64,000 bases of DNA from an uncultured Candidatus Saccharibacteria bacterium (GTDB taxonomy: Bacteria; Patescibacteriota; UBA1384; XYA2-FULL-43-10; 1-14-0-10-43-13), in contig CAZIYE010000001.1 of the NCBI GenBank assembly GCA_964543385.1, positions 551,123 through 615,122 of the forward strand, read 5' to 3'. The notes beneath the pieces are model-generated. The model saw only the letters and a list, made by a program, of their open reading frames with translations. It made no database searches and was not told where the DNA came from. This document shows positions 27,601-37,163 of this stretch, one piece after another; position 1 is the stretch's first letter; each line of letters starts with the position of its first letter. The position numbers and the translations under genes were made by a program.

Positions 27601-30286
27601 TTTCCGAGAAGAATTTCCTGACTCGCAGACCTTTGAAAAGATTTTTTCGGATGGTTTAATTGCAATTGATCCTAATTTGCAGGAAATTTTTGATAATCCT
27701 AGGAAACTCGGCACAATGAGACCGCAAATTATTTCAAAAATTATCGATTATATTGAGGAGGCTTACAAGGGAGAGGAGATTGATAATGAAAAAATAGCCA
27801 AGGAACTTCTTTCTTTGCTGAATAATATTCGTCATATCTTCGAAAGTAGTGATTCCACGATTATAGAAAAGCGTTCTCTCTTCTTGGAGAAATATACTTT
27901 AGAAGATGCCAAAGATCCTGATTTTAAAATTGCAGTCGAATCATTAATGGAACAAGGGCTGTCATTGCACGAAGCGATTAAGCAGCTTGTTCAGGGTGAT
28001 TTTGAAGATATTTTAATCGCCTCTGGTAGTATTGATATGCAAAAACACTACAAAAAGAAGCTGAAAGACCCAAATATATCAGAAGAAGATCGGTTGGACT
28101 TAGAGAAAAAGCTTAAGTGGATGAAAGAGGCGTACCTACAAGCTGACCAGAGAAATAGAGAAATTTTTCAACGACTGCAGAGAGGGGGCCTGACAGAAGA
28201 GGAAAGAGCAGAAATTGCTTGTCCGCTAGCAACAAGTGTATCCCAAGTTGGTCCTCCAGATGTCACTTACCCGATCCTTGACCAAGGCACTCTATGTGAT
28301 GCTTTACTTGGTGAAATTGCTAAAGACCAGGAGAATAATCTTGGAGCTCATATTTCAAAAACAAGTCGTGTACCAGGAGATAGAAGTACTTTGGCTGGTA
28401 GATTGCCTTCTTATGGTAATCCTCATGGCACTCAGGTCAACCGTATCTATGGAGATGTCAGTGCTAATAAATATCAGTCATATGGACCGGATGGTACAGC
28501 AGAAACACACTTTCAGATGGGGCCAGCTCATCAATGCATTATGCTCGGTCTCCCCAGTACCGAAATATCTGCCATTGTTATTTCTGATACCTCCTTTCTT
28601 GCGGACCAAAAGAAGTACATTGCCATGAAAAACTTGTTTATTCCAATTCTCGATTCCAGTGGCAATAATCTCTGGACTCCTGAAGAGTTCGATCAAATGA
28701 AAATATTTTATTATGCGCTGAATTATAAGGGCTATCCCTTAGCCGTTATTGATAATGTTTATAAATATTATCTGGAACTAAATCAGACAACTGAGAAAAC
28801 AAAACATAATATTGTCTTGAATAAGGCCGTTGATTTGGTTAAAAAGCAGATAGAAAATGATGAACAAGGTTTTGAGGATTTGGCGGTGCTCGTTGACTTC
28901 TTGAAGAGCAATGATCTTAACACCAAGGATATTCAATGGTATGAGGAGGCAGATTTCGAGCAAGTGATGCAAATGGTTGAAGAAAATGTCGGCGCAAAAA
29001 ATCGTTGGAAAGCGAGGGATATACTCTTCATATATCCGGATGACCAAGCTAAAACTCATAGAACAATTGGCGATAGCGTTGATTATGAAAGGCAGATAAC
29101 GAGGCGTCCCCATGGTTTCATCGACTCATTTCTGGACGATCAGCTTGGATACATTTCCCCTGGAAATATAGATGAAAGACGAGCTGCCGAAGGCCACCTA
29201 ACAAGTTTAATGTTCCGCGATTCGATTTCAAGGCAGGCGCGAGAAGGCATAATTGTTGATGACGTGATTGAAACTGCAGAGTATATGACAGAAAAGAAGA
29301 AGGAGCTGATGGTCAAGATTTGGGAAGACGCATGGGAAGATATATTGAAGATGGATTCCATTGATAAAGCTATGGCGGGGCTTTATAAAAAGGCAATAAT
29401 CCCAGTTGTGACTGGTAGCGGTGGCCGAGGAGAGATAACGTTGGGCTCAGATTTGGATTATTCACTTCTAGTTGATGATGATCACTTGTTGGAAATACTT
29501 CCGGAGAGAACTGATCTAGCTCAATTTATTAAAGATCTTGGTAATTTTGTTAATAATGTTCTGGCCATATCAATTAATAAGTCTTTAGGTGAAGCGGGGA
29601 TCAGAGCTGATGCTGGATTGGCACGGAAAGACCGGCAACCGTTTAGCCTGATTAGTCGGATTCGGCAATTTGAGATTAATCCTTCTCAGGGCCGCCAGGA
29701 AGAAGAGCCGACTGAGATTATTAGTAATTATCCTCTTTTTGCAGAACACCAAGGGATTGTAGCTAAATGCAAGGAAGATCTGATTGTTCACAATCAATCT
29801 GCCCATCTACTAGACTCATATATTCTTCGAGATCTGGAAACTGGCTTTGGAAAGGCTTCTTTCACGGCTGAATTTGAGAAATTATATGCCTGTGCAGCAA
29901 GTGGAGAATTATTGCAAAAAATTAAAGAATCACTCCAGCGTTCGTTAGTCTTCAAAATTAACTATCTTCTCTTTTCTGCTTTTGACAAGGGAACTATAGA
30001 TCCGAGTGAGGCTAGTAAAATCCCTTCTGGAACGATTGATACAATTAATTTTCTTAAAGATCATAAAATTTTGACTGATCAAGAAGCGGAAATTTGTATT
30101 GAATTATGGGCAATCACTTACAAAATTAGATTTTTGGGGGAAGTATTCTCTCCAGAAGGTCAGAATGCAGATGAGCTCAAGAAGGTGAAGAATATTACAT
30201 TCAAACTAGATGATATATCCTTTGCCGAAAGAGTTCGCCTTTTCGATCTGCTTAAGCTTTTCAAGGATAATGTACTTTATAAATAG
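24659..30286 (+). CDS. Giant (1875 aa) cytoplasmic multidomain protein. N-terminal acidic/coiled-coil region, long alpha-helical repeat region, and a C-terminal GlnD/GlnE (DUF294)-type nucleotidyltransferase domain.
   Basis: No signal peptide or TM. Internal repeats YAEIFEELAQILEVP / YAEIFTLLAETMEMAP. C-terminal motif PVVTGSGGRGEITLGSDLDYSLLV matches the DUF294/GlnD consensus GSLGRGEQtLaSDqDnalif. No P-loop or kinase motifs. Confidence 0.6.
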   Translation: MTTEDGDKPIAVAENPAEGSELEEIEASDTALLHSDFDVAVSEVVSRQEIAAAVFDEEQTILSQASSTEEFIGIENETIPIELVASIQGIEKLFEEIDVIDIKEFPSLILKIKILADEAKKLLKKSEDGLQASGGELLGIESEIKKKTTTLSEENEKDFWGKLFRIGERSSLKKAIKDLKVKEGKISTIKDDQLGRKTDAEKLLRKVEKYLDDTIVKLVTKIFQSLKAETEKTREKMTDPRLRAGMNEQLVDSEFLPLFEQLKLEGKYFSDEEISFYLQHRKEIARDGIQDTYSMSAEDREAYEAKFDQIRKLEERSGYKLYWKSTALSLDPDRGSTPDERYDDIFKLLTEIGLRQKVDAVLDLVGDLGISTEAKTKIYTETKKEFLEYYYSYQDLDKRPDIQVYADFCEMPGELGRWQTTRDICIESGLIDEATFHQAEEILIDYLQQKYLSKKGGEPDTQVEQVFNLGNPGVIPVLYQFVVLHGSHSGERAMRRLLTLIDEKYSHEEVLQSTKDLPGDDQKIFELLLDKDSCLNRFARESYLWTMFGYLGDPKKTLRNEAYTQKLLDSGYPEDKAAEFFTGRWWGKDLLIGCVEIAEVLGIDKEIIIEDYFKDITRSVYLESPDSLEIIGLVAKELGVPALEIYHRIESEMVRSKEDKQSVHSPQGIIESCRVLSDITGESLKAVVDRYYPIKAIPTYQEKYAEIFEELAQILEVPVGSLVLENLLPQLSSKRGDRGGLYIVNSKDKRNFLFNSVSSFLQTNPVLSSTEDYCKIFNLFDELNKDWLGSDFEKFSDEEKEKINSGKVDLARSFGEILAKGGNREEIIRAIRAFAPVISLDDSKYAEIFTLLAETMEMAPESLVSETLIFDEKLGLILPKIKKSDSRCLIGKALFELAKTDRVLSSAKEIKKVFNALSALQLIGAEEDPSDEEIKVIFETKEYLIGYVREKMKNDPNKIDIIGTLISLKSVTFQDLLLFSSFREEFPDSQTFEKIFSDGLIAIDPNLQEIFDNPRKLGTMRPQIISKIIDYIEEAYKGEEIDNEKIAKELLSLLNNIRHIFESSDSTIIEKRSLFLEKYTLEDAKDPDFKIAVESLMEQGLSLHEAIKQLVQGDFEDILIASGSIDMQKHYKKKLKDPNISEEDRLDLEKKLKWMKEAYLQADQRNREIFQRLQRGGLTEEERAEIACPLATSVSQVGPPDVTYPILDQGTLCDALLGEIAKDQENNLGAHISKTSRVPGDRSTLAGRLPSYGNPHGTQVNRIYGDVSANKYQSYGPDGTAETHFQMGPAHQCIMLGLPSTEISAIVISDTSFLADQKKYIAMKNLFIPILDSSGNNLWTPEEFDQMKIFYYALNYKGYPLAVIDNVYKYYLELNQTTEKTKHNIVLNKAVDLVKKQIENDEQGFEDLAVLVDFLKSNDLNTKDIQWYEEADFEQVMQMVEENVGAKNRWKARDILFIYPDDQAKTHRTIGDSVDYERQITRRPHGFIDSFLDDQLGYISPGNIDERRAAEGHLTSLMFRDSISRQAREGIIVDDVIETAEYMTEKKKELMVKIWEDAWEDILKMDSIDKAMAGLYKKAIIPVVTGSGGRGEITLGSDLDYSLLVDDDHLLEILPERTDLAQFIKDLGNFVNNVLAISINKSLGEAGIRADAGLARKDRQPFSLISRIRQFEINPSQGRQEEEPTEIISNYPLFAEHQGIVAKCKEDLIVHNQSAHLLDSYILRDLETGFGKASFTAEFEKLYACAASGELLQKIKESLQRSLVFKINYLLFSAFDKGTIDPSEASKIPSGTIDTINFLKDHKILTDQEAEICIELWAITYKIRFLGEVFSPEGQNADELKKVKNITFKLDDISFAERVRLFDLLKLFKDNVLYK

Positions 30287-30360
30287 ACTATTTAAATTGT
30301 TCTTCTGCTCAATTATGTAAGTTGATATTGGGCACAGTGGTTGTTAGGATATTCAGATAA

Positions 30361-31728
30361 ATGAAAAAAATGAACAAAAAACAATCTGTTGCCCTAAGCT
30401 CGGTTTTTGCTAGTTTTGGTTTGACGGCTATGAAGTTAGTTGTAGGTATCGCTACTGGCAGTATGGGTATAATCTCTGAGGCAGCTCACTCAGCATTGGA
30501 TTTTGTTGCCGCTTTAATGACCTATTTCGCAGTTAACATTGGAGATAAACCTGCTGATAAGAGGCACCCTTATGGCCATGCTAAGGTTGAAAGTGTCTCT
30601 GCACTCTTAGAGACATGTTTGCTTGTCCTTACTAGCGCGTGGATAATCTATGAGGCAGTAAAAAGGTTAATTCACGGCAAATCGGAGGTTGAAGTTGCTT
30701 GGTATTCATTCACTGTGATAATAATCTCTATTGTCGTGGACATATCTCGGTCTAGAGCACTTTCTAAGGTTGCAAAAGAGACTAAAAGCCAGGCTCTGGA
30801 AGCCGACGCTTTACATTTCAGTTCAGACATTTTAAGCTCCTTGGTCGTTCTGGTGGGATTAATCTTTGTTTATTTCGGCAATACCACAGCTGACTCAATC
30901 GCAGCGATCATAGTTTCTTTTGTAGTACTATATGCTGCCTATGATCTAGGGCGTAAGACAATTAACGTTTTAGTAGATACTGCTCCAGAGGGTTTGGTTG
31001 ATGAAATAAATCAGGCTGCCAGTAGTGTTGCCGGTGTCATAGGAGTTGAAAAAATTCGTGCCAGAGCAGTTGGGGCGGCAGTAATCATCGATATCACAGT
31101 ATATCTGCACAGAAAAAACAATCTTCTCCTAACTCAAAAAATCTGCCAGCAAATAGAGGATAAAATAAAAAAAGATTTTTCCGATTCCGATATTACTATT
31201 CATACTAAACCTCTGCCACTAAATAGCGAAACAATTTTCGAAAGGGTTCAATTAATTGCCTCGACACATGGTCTCGCGGCCCATAATATTATTTTACACA
31301 GAGACTTCAAGGGCAAAAAATTAGACTTTGATCTTGAGGTTGATGGTAATTTAAACTTGCAAGAGGCTCACAGAATAGCTTCAGATTTGGAAAGAGAGAT
31401 AGAAGCTGAATTCGGGGATATAGAAATAAATAGTCATATAGAACCACTGAAATCCGAGATTATCTCCGGGAAAAATGTAAGTGGAGTGAAAGAGGCGAAG
31501 TTAAAAAACAAAATTTTACTTATAACAAGAAACATTCCTCTCATAAGAGACATTCATGATATTTCAATAATTGAGGATAATGATAAACTTTTCATTTCCC
31601 TCCATTGTCTATTCGACAAAAATTCTTCTCTGGATGAAGTTCACAGCGTAACGAGTAGACTTGAATACACAATTCGCGAAAATATGTCTGAGGTCTCCAA
31701 GGTTTCTATCCACGCTGAGCCAGCCTAA
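30361..31728 (+). CDS. Cation diffusion facilitator (CDF) family divalent-metal efflux transporter with extended C-terminal cytoplasmic domain
   Basis: HSALDFVAALMTYFAVNIGDKPADKRHPYGHAKVESVSAL (CDF signature). 6 TM. Confidence 0.85.
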   Translation: MKKMNKKQSVALSSVFASFGLTAMKLVVGIATGSMGIISEAAHSALDFVAALMTYFAVNIGDKPADKRHPYGHAKVESVSALLETCLLVLTSAWIIYEAVKRLIHGKSEVEVAWYSFTVIIISIVVDISRSRALSKVAKETKSQALEADALHFSSDILSSLVVLVGLIFVYFGNTTADSIAAIIVSFVVLYAAYDLGRKTINVLVDTAPEGLVDEINQAASSVAGVIGVEKIRARAVGAAVIIDITVYLHRKNNLLLTQKICQQIEDKIKKDFSDSDITIHTKPLPLNSETIFERVQLIASTHGLAAHNIILHRDFKGKKLDFDLEVDGNLNLQEAHRIASDLEREIEAEFGDIEINSHIEPLKSEIISGKNVSGVKEAKLKNKILLITRNIPLIRDIHDISIIEDNDKLFISLHCLFDKNSSLDEVHSVTSRLEYTIRENMSEVSKVSIHAEPA

Positions 31729-31784
31729 TTTGATATAGGCAAAAATGCCTTTCATTTTAATACAGCTTGGGATATATTTAAGCC

Positions 31785-32798
31785 ATGGATAGTGAACTCA
31801 AAAAATTAGTTCTCATTGACTCAAACGCGATCATTCATCGTGCTTATCATGCTTTGCCAAAGACTATGTCTACTAGAAAAGGTGAATTAACGAATGTAGT
31901 TTATGGTTATACCACAACACTCATAAAAGTTTTAGAAGATATAAAACCTGATTATATTGCTGCCTCTTTTGATATTTCCAAGGCGACATTTCGAACGCAG
32001 GAGTATGCTGAATACAAGGCGCATAGAGTGAAAGCCGACCAGGAATTATATGACCAAATACCAAGAGTGCGGCAACTTTTGGAAGTTTTGAATATTCCGA
32101 CATATGAGATGGAAGGCTTTGAAGCTGATGATTGTATCGGTACTATCTCCAATATGTTCGAAGAAAGAAGTCCTCAACAAAAGTTTAAAGGCTTCAAAGT
32201 ATATATTGTAACGGGGGATAAGGATGCCTTTCAGCTCATCGACGGGAACATATTCGTCTACGATCTTAAAAAGGGTCTCTCCGTCGCCCAAATCATTAAT
32301 AGAAAAGTGATTGAGATAGAATGGGCGCTACAGCCAGAGGATTTTATTGATCTAAAAGCACTGGCAGGAGATCCTTCGGATAACATTCCTGGAGTGCCAG
32401 GGATAGGCCCAAAAACAGCCATTGATTTGTTGCAAAGATTTGATACTTTAATAAAACTATATGAACAGATTGAATCAAGGGATTTAAATTCCGAGGATAG
32501 CAAACAATTTGATTTGACAGCCAAAGAGCTTAATCTAAAGCCCCGTATTCTCAAACTTCTTATTGACCACAAAGACCAAGCGTTTCTTTCCCAGCGTCTT
32601 GCTACTATCCGACGTGATGTACCGTTAGATTTCAATCTTGAAGATTGTAAATGGGGAGACTATGATAAGGAGAAGGTCCAGGATTTTTTTGAGGAAATGC
32701 AATTTCATTCATTGCTTCGGAGGTTTGGGGCAGAAAGAGCTGTAGAGCCGAAAACAAAAGAGCAAAAAGAAAAAGATGAGCAATTAAAGTTACTTTAA
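31785..32798 (+). CDS. 5'-3' exonuclease (FEN-like; Pol I N-terminal domain encoded as a separate ORF)
   Basis: LVLIDSNAIIHRAYHALP..., GDKDAFQL, HhH region GIPGVPGIGPKTAIDLL. 337 aa. Ends with a stop 14 nt before the polymerase ORF in another frame. Confidence 0.85.
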   Translation: MDSELKKLVLIDSNAIIHRAYHALPKTMSTRKGELTNVVYGYTTTLIKVLEDIKPDYIAASFDISKATFRTQEYAEYKAHRVKADQELYDQIPRVRQLLEVLNIPTYEMEGFEADDCIGTISNMFEERSPQQKFKGFKVYIVTGDKDAFQLIDGNIFVYDLKKGLSVAQIINRKVIEIEWALQPEDFIDLKALAGDPSDNIPGVPGIGPKTAIDLLQRFDTLIKLYEQIESRDLNSEDSKQFDLTAKELNLKPRILKLLIDHKDQAFLSQRLATIRRDVPLDFNLEDCKWGDYDKEKVQDFFEEMQFHSLLRRFGAERAVEPKTKEQKEKDEQLKLL

Positions 32799-32812
32799 AG
32801 TCAAAAAATACT

Positions 32813-34081
32813 ATGTCACAGTCAATAATAGAAAAAGCTAAAGTGATGGGCATCACAATTCCTTCTGCAACATCAGAAGATATTAATGAACAGATAAAGC
32901 CTGTTTTGCGAAAAATGGAGCTAGCAGGTATTAGAATCGATACAGCGGTTTTCAAAAGTTTAGAGGATACTTTGAGCGAAAGAGTAGAGGAGCTAGAGCT
33001 TGAGATTATTAAATTAGCTGGAGTTGAGTTTAATATCGGTTCCCCCATTCAGATGGCAGAAGTATTATTTGAGAAATTGAATCTTCCAACCGATGATCTC
33101 AAAAAAACAAAGACGGGCATCTCTACTGCAGCTAGTGAGCTCAAAAAGATTCAGGATAATCATCCGATAGTTTCTTTAATTATTGAGCAAAGAGAGCTTT
33201 CTAAGCTAATTTCGACTTATCTAAAACCAATGCCAATCTTAGTCGATGAAAACTCGAGACTCCACACTACTTATGGTCTTGAAACATCCACTGGCAGAAT
33301 TAATTCATCTGAGCCGAACTTACAGAATATTCCAATAAGGGGCAAATATGGTATGGAGATTAGAAAAGCCTTTATCGCTTCTCCTGGAGCTAAACTAATT
33401 TCTGCTGACTATTCCCAGATAGAGCTAAGGATAGTTGCATGTCTAGCTGATGACAAAAATATGATCGCATCTTTCCAGAATGGAGAAGATATTCATAGCA
33501 GGACAGCCTCTGAAATATTTGAAGTTCCTTTGCCCAAGATCACAAAGGATCAAAGACGGGTAGCTAAAGCTGTCAATTTTGGTATAGTCTATGGTCAAAC
33601 ACCTTTTGGTCTCTCTCAGGCTTTAGGTATAGAGACCTCGAAGGCTGCTGAATACATTATGCACTACTTCGACATACATAAAGGTATTAAGGATTATATT
33701 AATAAAATGATTCAGCAGGCTCATAAGGAGGGTTATGTAGAAACTCTCTTCGGTATGAGAAGATATCTGCCGAATATCAACTCGAGAATCAGATATATTG
33801 CAGAGGGTGAAGAAAGAATGGCAATAAACACTCCTGTTCAGGGGACAGCATCCGAGATCATCAAATTAGCAATGATCAAGCTAGATAGCGAGTTGTCTTC
33901 AAAATATCCAGAGGCTAAAATGCTTTTAACAGTTCATGATGAACTAGTGGTGGAAGTTCCAGAAAAAGATGTAAAAAAGGTTGCGAGTGTGGTTAAAGAA
34001 CTTATGGAAGGTGTAATCAAGCTTTGCATTCCATTAGAAGCAAGCGTGGGTATCGGTAATAATTGGGCTGCAACAAAGTAA
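32813..34081 (+). CDS. polA: DNA polymerase I polymerase domain (family A), lacking any 3'-5' exonuclease domain
   Basis: Motif A LISADYSQIELRIVA, motif B RRVAKAVNFGIVYGQ, motif C VHDELVVEV. 422 aa starting at the thumb/N-terminal polymerase region. Confidence 0.85.
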   Translation: MSQSIIEKAKVMGITIPSATSEDINEQIKPVLRKMELAGIRIDTAVFKSLEDTLSERVEELELEIIKLAGVEFNIGSPIQMAEVLFEKLNLPTDDLKKTKTGISTAASELKKIQDNHPIVSLIIEQRELSKLISTYLKPMPILVDENSRLHTTYGLETSTGRINSSEPNLQNIPIRGKYGMEIRKAFIASPGAKLISADYSQIELRIVACLADDKNMIASFQNGEDIHSRTASEIFEVPLPKITKDQRRVAKAVNFGIVYGQTPFGLSQALGIETSKAAEYIMHYFDIHKGIKDYINKMIQQAHKEGYVETLFGMRRYLPNINSRIRYIAEGEERMAINTPVQGTASEIIKLAMIKLDSELSSKYPEAKMLLTVHDELVVEVPEKDVKKVASVVKELMEGVIKLCIPLEASVGIGNNWAATK

Positions 34082-34129
34082 AATTTTTATTTTTTGTATT
34101 TTAAAACTTTCAGGTTGATAACTTAATCG

Positions 34130-35083
34130 ATGATTTATTTTATTTACGGTGAAGATAACTTTCGGTCGTCTCTTGCTCTCAAAAAAATTGAGACAGATTT
34201 TGTTAAAGAACATGGCGATCTTAACATCGAGAAACTTGACGGGGACAATCTGAGAGCAGATGTCCTGGAGGCGAAGGTCTCAGCATTGCCGTTTCTAGGG
34301 GATAAAAGATTAATAATAATAAATAATTTTCTGACAGCCGGAAAAAAAGAAGAAAAAGAACGGATTGTACAAGTTATAAAATCAATCCCGGAGACATCTG
34401 ATTTAGTCTTCTTTGAGAATATCTTGCCAGATCGAAGAGAGAGCATCTTTAAAGTTCTTGATAAATTACCCTTCAAACAATTTTTTCCACAGTTAGATGA
34501 TTTTGGCCTAAAACAGTGGATAGTAGAGAGAATTAGTCAGCAAAATTTTGGAATATCTAGCTCGGCCTGCGCTCGCCTCATAGCTTATGTTGGTTCCGAT
34601 CTTTTCCGGCTTCAAAATGAGATCGCCAGACTCATTGATTTTGTAAGATCAGATAACAGAAGCCAAATAGAGGATCAAGATGTAAATAATCTCATAGAAC
34701 CCAACAATAACTATAAGATTTTTGATCTTACCGATGCGATTGCACAAAAAAATATTAATAAAGCAATCATGGTTCTGCATGCATTCAAAAAATCAGGGGA
34801 GGACGATTATCGTATTTTTAACCTTATCGTCCACCAAATACGGACAATGCTTGTTATTAATGATTTTTCAAAAAAAATGACTGGAGATCAAATGGCGAAA
34901 GAAGCGGGTATCCATCCATTTGTTGTGAAAAAAACGATGGCAAACTTAAGAAATTTCCCTAAAAGTGAATTAATTAAGATGTATTCTAGGTTAGAAGAGA
35001 TTGATTGGAAGTCGAAAAATGGTATTGCGGATATTGCCATAATGACAGAGCTGCTTATAGTAGATTTCTGCAGAAAGTGCTAA
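34130..35083 (+). CDS. holA: DNA polymerase III delta subunit
   Basis: MIYFIYGEDNFRSSLALKKI...LNIEKLDGDN...KRLIIINNFL. 317 aa with HolA-like architecture. Confidence 0.7.
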   Translation: MIYFIYGEDNFRSSLALKKIETDFVKEHGDLNIEKLDGDNLRADVLEAKVSALPFLGDKRLIIINNFLTAGKKEEKERIVQVIKSIPETSDLVFFENILPDRRESIFKVLDKLPFKQFFPQLDDFGLKQWIVERISQQNFGISSSACARLIAYVGSDLFRLQNEIARLIDFVRSDNRSQIEDQDVNNLIEPNNNYKIFDLTDAIAQKNINKAIMVLHAFKKSGEDDYRIFNLIVHQIRTMLVINDFSKKMTGDQMAKEAGIHPFVVKKTMANLRNFPKSELIKMYSRLEEIDWKSKNGIADIAIMTELLIVDFCRKC

Positions 35084-35118
35084 AATAATTAGTAAGTAGA
35101 AGACTAGGGAGGGAGATC

Positions 35119-36600
35119 TTGGCCCAGCAGAAAAATAACATGAGCGTAGTTTCTTTTGGGTTTTATTGGAAAAAACTCCTGTTTTTTGGATGTTTTTTTC
35201 TGATGGCAATTTGGGGAATAGATTCTATAAGTAGTATCAAAGCTGACAGTGGCGATTTTGACTATGCAGTATATTCTGAAAATCCTGCTTCTAATATTCA
35301 AATAAAGCCAAACGGCAAGGTAGTTGTAGGAGAAAATAAGACCTCTATTAAGCTCTCTATAATGGAGGATTTTGATGAACTCAGAACACCGGTCTTGGAC
35401 AAGCCAGGCATTTACATGGATGAATTTGTGGTTAATCTAAGCTTGCCTGAAGATGTTGCCAACAAGGTTAGTTTCGAAGTCCTTGGAATCCACGGCGTTG
35501 ATAGCACGGAGTCATACATCTCTGATTCTAAAACCATCGTATATAAAGCCTATGGTGTTGGCCCTTCAGCGACAATCTCAATAATAGCGAAACTCCCAAA
35601 AGGAGTGGTCGGCTACAGCTTGATGGATAATGCCTTATTCGCCCTAAGACAGTTGGGGCCGAAACAATGGATAATACTTAGTATACTTGTACCTCTAATG
35701 GCTATTGTTATAATGATTTGGGTTATAGCGAAGCAGTTAGCTTCGGATAAAGTTGAGATTCCTGATAAGGAGATAGATTGTCCTCCAATGGCGTTACCAC
35801 CGGCAATAGTCGGGGCGCTATACCATCAGAAGGTTACTTCTAGAGAGATAGCAGCCACCCTCATTGATCTGGCCATAAGGGGAAATATCTATATCATGGA
35901 TAGGGAAAGAGATTTCGCCTTTGCTAAAAACAATTTTGATAAGCGTTTAATATCCTACGAGAAGATACTTCTGTCGAAGATTTTCAGTGAGCATGTATTC
36001 TCAAACAAAGAGGATATTGAAAAGAGAATCAATGATCATCTGTACAGCAAAAAGATATCCTTATTTACTTCGGGTGTTTATAACTTATCTACCAGATTAG
36101 GCTATTTCAAAACGAACCCCCAGAATATTCATTCCAAATATAGACTTGTTTGTCTTCTTATCTTATTTGTTTCTTTGGGTGGATTTCTTGTGAGCTTCGG
36201 TTTTACCGATTATCCTTATCTTTCATTTATATGGATTGGATTGATGATAACCGCTCTTGTTATTGCTTCACTAGCTCAGAAGATCCCTATGAGGGCTCCA
36301 ATGGGCCGTGAAGCTTTGAGCAATTGGCTAGCATTTAGAAAATTTCTCACTTCTAAAGACAGAATTCCTTTCTCATTAAACAATGTTGAAAGTTTTGAGA
36401 AATATCTACCTTATGCTATGGTGCTTGATTGCGAAGTTGCCTGGGCTAAGAGATTTTCGGAGGAAAGCTTTGCAATTCCTAGGTGGTTTATCTCTAGTAA
36501 AGATGGTTTTAGCTTACAGGACTTTTGTCTCTCGTTGTTTCCGATAGTTTCGTATATTTCAAGGAGTTTAGCTTCGGTAAGAGAACCTGGTTTTGAATAA
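35119..36600 (+). CDS. DUF2207-like membrane protein (signal peptide, extracytoplasmic beta domain, TM, cytoplasmic segment, C-terminal TM pair)
   Basis: Topology and the motif CPPMALPPAIVGALYH resemble the DUF2207 conserved PP..L.PA.VG.L segment. Confidence 0.45.
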   Translation: MAQQKNNMSVVSFGFYWKKLLFFGCFFLMAIWGIDSISSIKADSGDFDYAVYSENPASNIQIKPNGKVVVGENKTSIKLSIMEDFDELRTPVLDKPGIYMDEFVVNLSLPEDVANKVSFEVLGIHGVDSTESYISDSKTIVYKAYGVGPSATISIIAKLPKGVVGYSLMDNALFALRQLGPKQWIILSILVPLMAIVIMIWVIAKQLASDKVEIPDKEIDCPPMALPPAIVGALYHQKVTSREIAATLIDLAIRGNIYIMDRERDFAFAKNNFDKRLISYEKILLSKIFSEHVFSNKEDIEKRINDHLYSKKISLFTSGVYNLSTRLGYFKTNPQNIHSKYRLVCLLILFVSLGGFLVSFGFTDYPYLSFIWIGLMITALVIASLAQKIPMRAPMGREALSNWLAFRKFLTSKDRIPFSLNNVESFEKYLPYAMVLDCEVAWAKRFSEESFAIPRWFISSKDGFSLQDFCLSLFPIVSYISRSLASVREPGFE

Positions 36601-36612
36601 TAATCTTTCAAT

Positions 36613-37161
36613 ATGGGAAACGATAGTTTTTTAGCTAAAATTTTATATGGCAGTGTCGCAATTTTTGATCTGGCAAAATGGCTAATTTTGGTTTTGATAA
36701 TTTTAAGTTTGATCAATGCTTTTTTTGTGGGTGTGTTTGTCGTTGACGGCGAATCCATGCATCCGAGTTTTAAAGATAAGGAGCTTGTTTTTTGGAATAA
36801 AGGCATATATAAAGACAGTAAACCTGAGAGAGGAGACATAGTTGTCGTCCAATACCCAGGCGATCCTAAACATAAGGTTTATGTTAAGAGAGTTGTTGGT
36901 CTGCCTGGCGAACGCGTAGAGATAAAGAGTGGCAAAATCTACATAAACAACAAGCTCTATCGGGAGAAATACTTAAATCAAAGCTTGTTAACCGAACCAA
37001 GTGGTGTGTGGATATCAAAAAGTAATGAGTATTTTGTAATGGGTGATAACAGGCCAAACTCAAACGATTCAAGATTTTTCGGATCTATAGAAAAACGTTT
37101 TGTTTTAGGAAAAGCTCTCGGTGTGATATTCCCGAGGTTCCGTGTCGTAGACGATATCTAA
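36613..37161 (+). CDS. lepB: Signal peptidase I
   Basis: Catalytic Ser box VDGESMHPSF, Lys box VKRVVGLPGE, and C-box GDNRPNSNDSRFFG. Confidence 0.9.
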   Translation: MGNDSFLAKILYGSVAIFDLAKWLILVLIILSLINAFFVGVFVVDGESMHPSFKDKELVFWNKGIYKDSKPERGDIVVVQYPGDPKHKVYVKRVVGLPGERVEIKSGKIYINNKLYREKYLNQSLLTEPSGVWISKSNEYFVMGDNRPNSNDSRFFGSIEKRFVLGKALGVIFPRFRVVDDI

Positions 37162-37163
37162 AA

